Shown: in pieces, positions 58,160-64,000 of the stretch | Position numbering within the stretch: the stretch's first letter is position 1 | How the letters are laid out: every line of letters begins with the position of its first letter | Assembly (NCBI GenBank): GCA_964016885.1 | Contig: OZ024748.1 | Span: forward strand, 29,946,001 to 30,010,000 | Length of the DNA: 64,000 bases | Reading direction: 5' to 3' | Source: Eledone cirrhosa | Taxonomy: Eukaryota | Made by a program: the position numbers and the translations under genes | Notes under the pieces: model-generated | What the model saw: the letters and a program-made list of their open reading frames with translations, nothing else | Databases searched by the model: none | What the model was told of the DNA's origin: nothing

Positions 58160-58990
58160 TCATCATCATCATCATCATCATCATTATTTAATGTCTATTT
58201 TCCATGCTACCATGGGTTAGACGGGTTTGTTCTACTTGAGGCAAGTTAGGTCGGGTGACTGTGTCTCGCTCGTAGAGGACTGTTTCTGGCTGGTTTTCTA
58301 TGTCAGCCACATTTACAGTGTGTGCTGGGTGCTTTTTACCGTGTCTCCTACATGATCACTTTACAGTGTGGGCTGGATGTTTTGTTGTACCAACATAACT
58401 TTACAGAGAAAGGGTGGTGTAGGCGGAAGTGGGAGGAATTTGTAGAGGGTGTGGGGTGTGTATTGGATTAAGAGGTGCCTACTGAGTGTAGGTTAAATTC
58501 ATAAGCAAGGGAAGGCGGGTCTTCTGTATTACTGCATAGTGTCAAAGATTTCAATCCTGTGACATTGTCTTAGAGAGGTGCTAGTGTGCAAAGTCAACTT
58601 TTATCACCTCATCCTAGGTCTTTCTGGGTCTACCTACTCTGTAGCTTCCATCAATTTTGATCATCCTGCACTTTTTTATGCAGCTGTCATCATTCATACG
58701 CATCATATGATCATACCAACGTAATCTCCTCTCTAGTAAACTGCATCTGATCCCTCTTATGAATAATTTCTCACTTAGTTCGTTTATGCTTTGCCGTTCA
58801 TGTACATTACTATTACACCTCCATCGGAGCATACATGCTTCGTTCCTTTCCAATCTACGCAGATCCTCTACACATAATGCCCAGGTCTCATTATCATGTA
58901 ACATTGTTATTCGTATACAAGCATCATACAATCTACCTTTTGTGGCCAACAGCGGTATAAACGCTCTGAATTTTATGCATTTATAGGTCA
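58160..58990 (-). mobile_element. RTE-clade LINE 3' fragment with (TGA)n tail
   Basis: KGRLYDACIRITMLH..ETW..LERNEACMLRW..RRLRWY..GRPRKT. Confidence 0.82.
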
Positions 58991-59081
58991 TATATCTATC
59001 TATCTAGGGCGGATAAAATTCCCGAGATCCATGGACGGATTATTACTGGAATTCTATAAGAATCCAGCCTCTATAATTTTC

Positions 59082-59123
59082 GGCATGATGATCACCAACA
59101 GTGTGAAACAGAATCTGTTGGCT
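59082..59123 (+). ncRNA. Degenerate hammerhead motif
   Basis: ATGATGA T CAC CAACA GTG T GAAA CAG AAT CTG TT GGC; stems II and III pair, C3 is mutated and stem I is weak; AATAAA lies downstream. Confidence 0.55.
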
Positions 59124-59245
59124 TCTCTCCCTTCTTTTGCCAAATAAAGAAGTGACATAGTCACTACTTTAAAAATGATAGCGCAAGGTCTTCAAAATGT
59201 TTTTAATTAAACATACAGTATATTGCCAAATATACTATACATACA

Positions 59246-59297
<52 letters not shown>

Positions 59298-59602
59298 TTC
59301 ACACATAACCCACATATCTCACTCATATAAGATGTATACATGCTCTTGATCATCTTTGGCAAAGTCTGTGGTGGTGAAGTGGGGAGATGGAAGTGAGGGA
59401 GTTAAATAAAACACATCTGTAGGAACAGCTGGATACATTTAAAGTTATTCTGGATGTGGTGGTGGTGATGATGAGGATGAAGAAAAAAAAGGTAGAATTA
59501 AAACCAAACCAAAACCAAAAGTGTTGTAGAAAGTGCAGATTAGTTATAATTCTAGGTGGCAGCACCAGTATTTGTTTCAATTGTTCACCGAGTGTCTCTC
59601 TT

Positions 59603-59658
<56 letters not shown>

Positions 59659-60564
59659 GTCATGTTTTTTCTTGTATCTCATCCAGTGAAGGTATGTAAT
59701 GTGGCTTAATGGTTAAGGTGTTGTATTCATTATCATGAGGCTATGGATTTGATTCTTGGATAGAGCATGAATGATGCTTTATTTTACATTGCTTTTCGTG
59801 TTAGGGCTGGAGCCTCTATTATTAAGATACCTGAGAAACTTCCTATATGATGCAACCTGGTAGGAAGTCAATTAAATGTGCATAGGTGTTAGGATGTTGT
59901 ACTCATGATCATAAGGTTGTGGATTCGATTCCTGGACCAAACAGTCCGTTGTGTTCGTCAGCATGATGCTTTATTTCATGTTCTTTTTCATGATAGGACT
60001 GGAGCCCCTATCATTAAAATATTCAAGAAACCCCCTATGAGATACAAACTTCTATGACACTGGCTAACCCTGCATAAATGCGAGCTATAAATTTAATTTT
60101 CTTTTCATTTCATTACATCCAGTTCTAATGATGCTGTGTCTGTTTGTCTATCTGCCAGTCAGTCAGTCTGCCAGTCTATTTGTATGTCTGTATGCCTGTC
60201 TGCCAGATTGTCTCTCTGTCTGTCTGCCAGTCTGTTTGTCCTGATACACTGATACCAAAAAATCTCCTTTTTTTCTGCAATCTCCACCCCCGTCCCACCC
60301 CACTCCACACCAACTCATTTCATTTTTTTTCCATACATTTCTAGTTTATGTCAGATACTAATGAAACACACCTGGTTCCTCTGATGTGTAAAAATGGAAG
60401 ATAAAGATTACACTTGTTAAATGGAGTTAAATGTTACATGAGAGACTCATCATTCTTACCTTAATTCACTTCTCTTTTTACCTGTGCTAATGTATATTTA
60501 TATAGGTATGTGCGTATGTATATATATATATATTTATATAATATAAAAATATATATTTATATAT

Positions 60565-61985
60565 AGCGAGGAATTTAGTGAGCAAGTTGGTGTCCACCAG
60601 GGCTCTGTTCTTAGCTCTTTCCTATTTATTATCGTACTGTATTAAACAGAAGAGTTTAAGACTGGTTGCCCATGGGAACTCCTGTACATGGATGATCTTA
60701 CACTCAAACTGGAGTCTATGGTAGAACTCGAGAAGGAATTCCAAACATGGAAGCAGGGTTGAGAAACAGGGGGCTTTAAAGTCAACTTGACAAAGACTAA
60801 GATTCTAGTAAGTAGAAGAGAAAACAGAACTCTGATCGCCTCGGAGAAATGGCCTTGCTAAGTGTAGGTAGAAATTACATCCTCTGTCCCAAATGCAAAT
60901 TATGGGTACACAAGAGATGTAGTGGCATCTCGGGAAGTTTAACTAAAAATGTAGGTTTTACATGTAGCCACTACAGTAAGCAAACAACCACGGGAAACTA
61001 GTGCAGTCAAATTCCAAGAAGGTTCAGTAGACACAGTAGACAGCTTCTGCTAACTGGGTGATCAAATTAGCAGCAGAGGTGGGTGTTCTGAAAGTACAGT
61101 AGCCAGAGTGAGAACGGGATGGAAGAAGTTCAGGGGGCTACTACCACTGCAGGCTACAAAAGACTTTTTCCTCAAAATGAAAGGCAGACTATATGATGCA
61201 TGCATATGAACACCAATGTTACATAGACCTGGGTGTTGTGTGCAGAAGAAGCCTGGCATAGATTGAAAAGAAATGAAGCTTGCATGCTCCGTTGGATGTG
61301 TAATATTAATTTACGTGAACGGTAAAGCATAAACAAACTGAGAAAGAAACTTGGCATAAGAAGAATCAGATGCAGTGTGCAAGAGAGGAGATTGCATTGG
61401 TATGGACATGTGATGTGTATGATGGATGACAGCTGCATAAAAAGGTGCAGACTGCTCAAAGTTGATGGAATCCTTGGAGTGAGGAGACCCAGGAAAACTT
61501 GGGATGAGGTGATAAAAGCTGACCTTGCTCAATTACACTTCTCTAAGATGATGACACAGGACCGAGATCTCTGGCGTTATGCAGTAATACATACAACCTG
61601 CCTTCACATGGGCACAGGTTGCAGCTGAAGCATGTATATAGCCCCCCCCCCCCCCCCCATCATCTGATATATCTCCCATGAGGACAGGCTGCAGCATACA
61701 TCTAGTGAAGCCTCCAGCCCACACTGTAAAGTGGTCGTTATGGCAACACGACAAAAAATGCCCAGCCCACACTGTAAAGTGGTTGTGATAGTCACATGGC
61801 AAAAACCACCCAGCCCACATAGTAAATGTTGTTGGCGTTAGGGAAGGGCATCAGCTATAGAAACCAAGCCAGAATCAGTTCTGTATGAGCAAAGACATGG
61901 TCACCTGACCTGGCATTTCTCACAACAGGACAACTCATCTAACCCATGCAAGCATGGAAAAGTGGACGTTAAATGATGATGATCC
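60565..61985 (+). mobile_element. RTE-clade LINE 3' half, decayed, with UTR and tail
   Basis: VGVHQGSVLS.FLFII, GCPWELLYMDDL, GLKVNLTKTK, RRLHWYGHV, RPRKTWDEVI; tail CCCATGCAAGCATGGAAAAGTGGACGTTAAATGATGATGA. Confidence 0.85.
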
Positions 61986-62139
61986 AGGAAGACGTGGGAT
62001 GAAATTATAGAAGTTGACTTGATGGGGGTAATTCTACTGACATGGCTTAAGAGGCTGTTTGCATAATTGGAAACGAATCGAATTATTATCAATATTCGAA
62101 AAACTCATATTTACATTTTTTTATATAAATAATATAGAG

Positions 62140-62585
62140 AGAGAAGCAGCGAACTGGCAGCCATTAGAACGTTGGATAGAATGCCTTGTGGTATTTGTTC
62201 TGGCTCTCTGCTCTCTGAGTTCAAATCTCACCGAGGTCAACTTTGCCTTTCATCCTTTCGGGGTCGATAAAAAAAAGGACCAGCCTGGTACTGGGGTAGA
62301 TTCTTCCTCTATATCTCTTTCTCATTTCCTCTCTCTCCCATTCTATCTTTCTCTCTGGAAGAAATCTGCTGTACTCAGGCCTGGAGAGGGGTGGGCTCTG
62401 ACAGGTTTAAAAGTGCCCAAGAAACGCTGTATGTCAATACGGCGCCCCTACGACTCTATCAGGAGTTACGGGACCATACATACATACAATAATGTACCAG
62501 TAACACACTGGGGTCGATTTAATTCATTTTCCACCTTCCCCAAAATTGCTGGCTTTGTGCCTAAATCAGAAACCATTATTATTAT
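62140..62585 (+). mobile_element. SINE A-related pieces interrupted by other sequence
   Basis: B box and body at 62215-62300; tail at 62495-62585. Confidence 0.6.
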
Positions 62586-62966
62586 AGTTCTTTGTGTTAA
62601 GATCCACACATTTTAATTTTTACATTCGTTTATGTTTAATTTTTACACTCATTAAATTAGATACTTGAAAAATTACCTGTCATCCACAACAAGTGGCCAG
62701 ATATTATTCTTATCCTTAGCATATTGACTGTAAATGTGCGTGCGGGTCCCAAACTATGGTTCCGCTGTGAGCAGGGCACGCACAGCCAACTGGCTATCTC
62801 TTTTCAACCTTATGATTGTGTATCCAATTCTTTAACTAACCCATGTTCATTTGCATAAGAACCTTTGTTAAATTATGTTGCAAACACTAGCTTTATAACG
62901 AGGATGCTAGCTTTATTACTAAATATTTTCAAATTCTTGATTATTTCCAATATGATTTGAAAATCA

Positions 62967-63439
62967 TAGGTTGTATCAAAAAGTTTCCGGACCAGTTCTG
63001 TAGTGCACCAAGAGATGGCAACACATGGTTGTGCATGCTGTGAGAGCTAACAGTGACCTTCATACACCAGTGTGCCGAGTGACATCATTGTGTTCACTTT
63101 GCAAGTTGCGAAATTTGTGGACGAGTGATCTGGAAGACCTGCCACAAGCGTCACCAGATTTAGCATCTGCGAACTACCTTCTCTTCTCTAAGCTGAAAAT
63201 GCAGTTCAAAGGTCACTGTTTTGACACCGTTGCCAAGATCCAGAGTGAACCGCAGAAAGTCCTCAACTCGCTTATAAAAAATAACTTCCAGGCTGGATTC
63301 CAAAAGTGGCAGGAATGCTGGGACAGGTGTATTGCTGCACAAGGTGACTATTTCGAAGGAGATAATATTAAAACTTAGGTAAATATATTATTTTTTTTAA
63401 AGCATAACTAGTGCTGGAACCTTTTAATACCACCTTGTA
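62967..63439 (+). mobile_element. Internally deleted mariner DNA transposon
   Basis: SPDLASANYLLFSKLK..LQ-like..WQECWDRCIAAQGDYFEG transposase C-terminus (YSPDLAP-type motif); imperfect TIRs GGTTGTATCAAAAAGTTTCCGGAC and GTGCTGGAACCTTTTAATACCACCTTGTA. Confidence 0.88.
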
Positions 63440-63556
63440 TCATAAGAAATATGGTAACGAAAGGATTATTTCTGCCATGGTGAAAATATCACCAAAACTG
63501 ACCAATTAGTTTTTGACTCTATTAATGTTTTCATATTTGTTTGATATTTTCTGCAG

Positions 63557-63646
63557 GCCCTGATTTTCCGTGATGGTAACCTAGTATGTGGCTCCCTAGA
63601 GGCCCTCGTTCAACATCTTCTCCCCACAAGAGACTACTATCCAGAT
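63557..63646 (+). CDS. RASGEF1: Exon of a RasGEF1-family gene (start of the REM / RasGEF_N domain)
   Basis: Acceptor TTTTCTGCAG and donor GTAAGT; 90 bp in phase 0 encoding ALIFRDGNLVCGSLEALVQHLLPTRDYYPD, matching the RASGEF1 signature GSLEAL.QHL.P..DYYPD. Confidence 0.92.
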
Positions 63647-64000
63647 GTAAGTTATTTCATTTTTTTTATTTTTTTTATACATATCCTTTGAGGATAGGTA
63701 CACTCTATCCGTGTATTGTTCTGTCAGTTATGTTTGTATAGAGGCAGCAGGACAGCAAGAAGTTGACTATCAATTCCATACTCCTACAGAACCTTCCACA
63801 GCAGATCCCAAGGAACGTGGTCATATGCCTTTTCAAGGTCGTCAAAACAAGAATATACCTCTTGGCAATACTCCCATGATTTCCTGAAGACTTGCCGCAG
63901 TGTGAATATTTAGTCAGCTGTGATCTGTCCGGGGCAAAAACCACACTGTTCATCAGCTAGCTTGGACTTGACAATCTCCCTGCATCTCTTTGCCAGACAC

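Overview
This is eukaryotic, animal DNA with no prokaryotic features. It is AT-rich and repeat-dominated, and the SINE/LINE and microsatellite landscape strongly suggests an octopus (inference). Only two small host exons are recognisable: 50196-50294 and 63557-63646 on the + strand, encoding the N-terminus of a RasGEF1-family protein. The rest includes a decayed Ty3/Gypsy element with its 3' LTR, CR1/L2-group, RTE, RTEX, Tx1/L1, CRE and R4-like LINE pieces, and a Penelope-like element (PLE) with a GIY-YIG domain and inverted pseudo-LTRs. There are also Helitron and mariner remnants, two tRNA-derived SINE families, about 11 kb of interrupted (TA)n, and one 200-N gap. The most striking unexplained signal is about a dozen type I hammerhead-ribozyme motifs, at least two with fully intact cores. 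Many share an atypical U-U pair at the base of stem II, and most sit in head-to-head palindromes next to (TA)n tracts. All calls were made by eye; no searches or folding programs were run.
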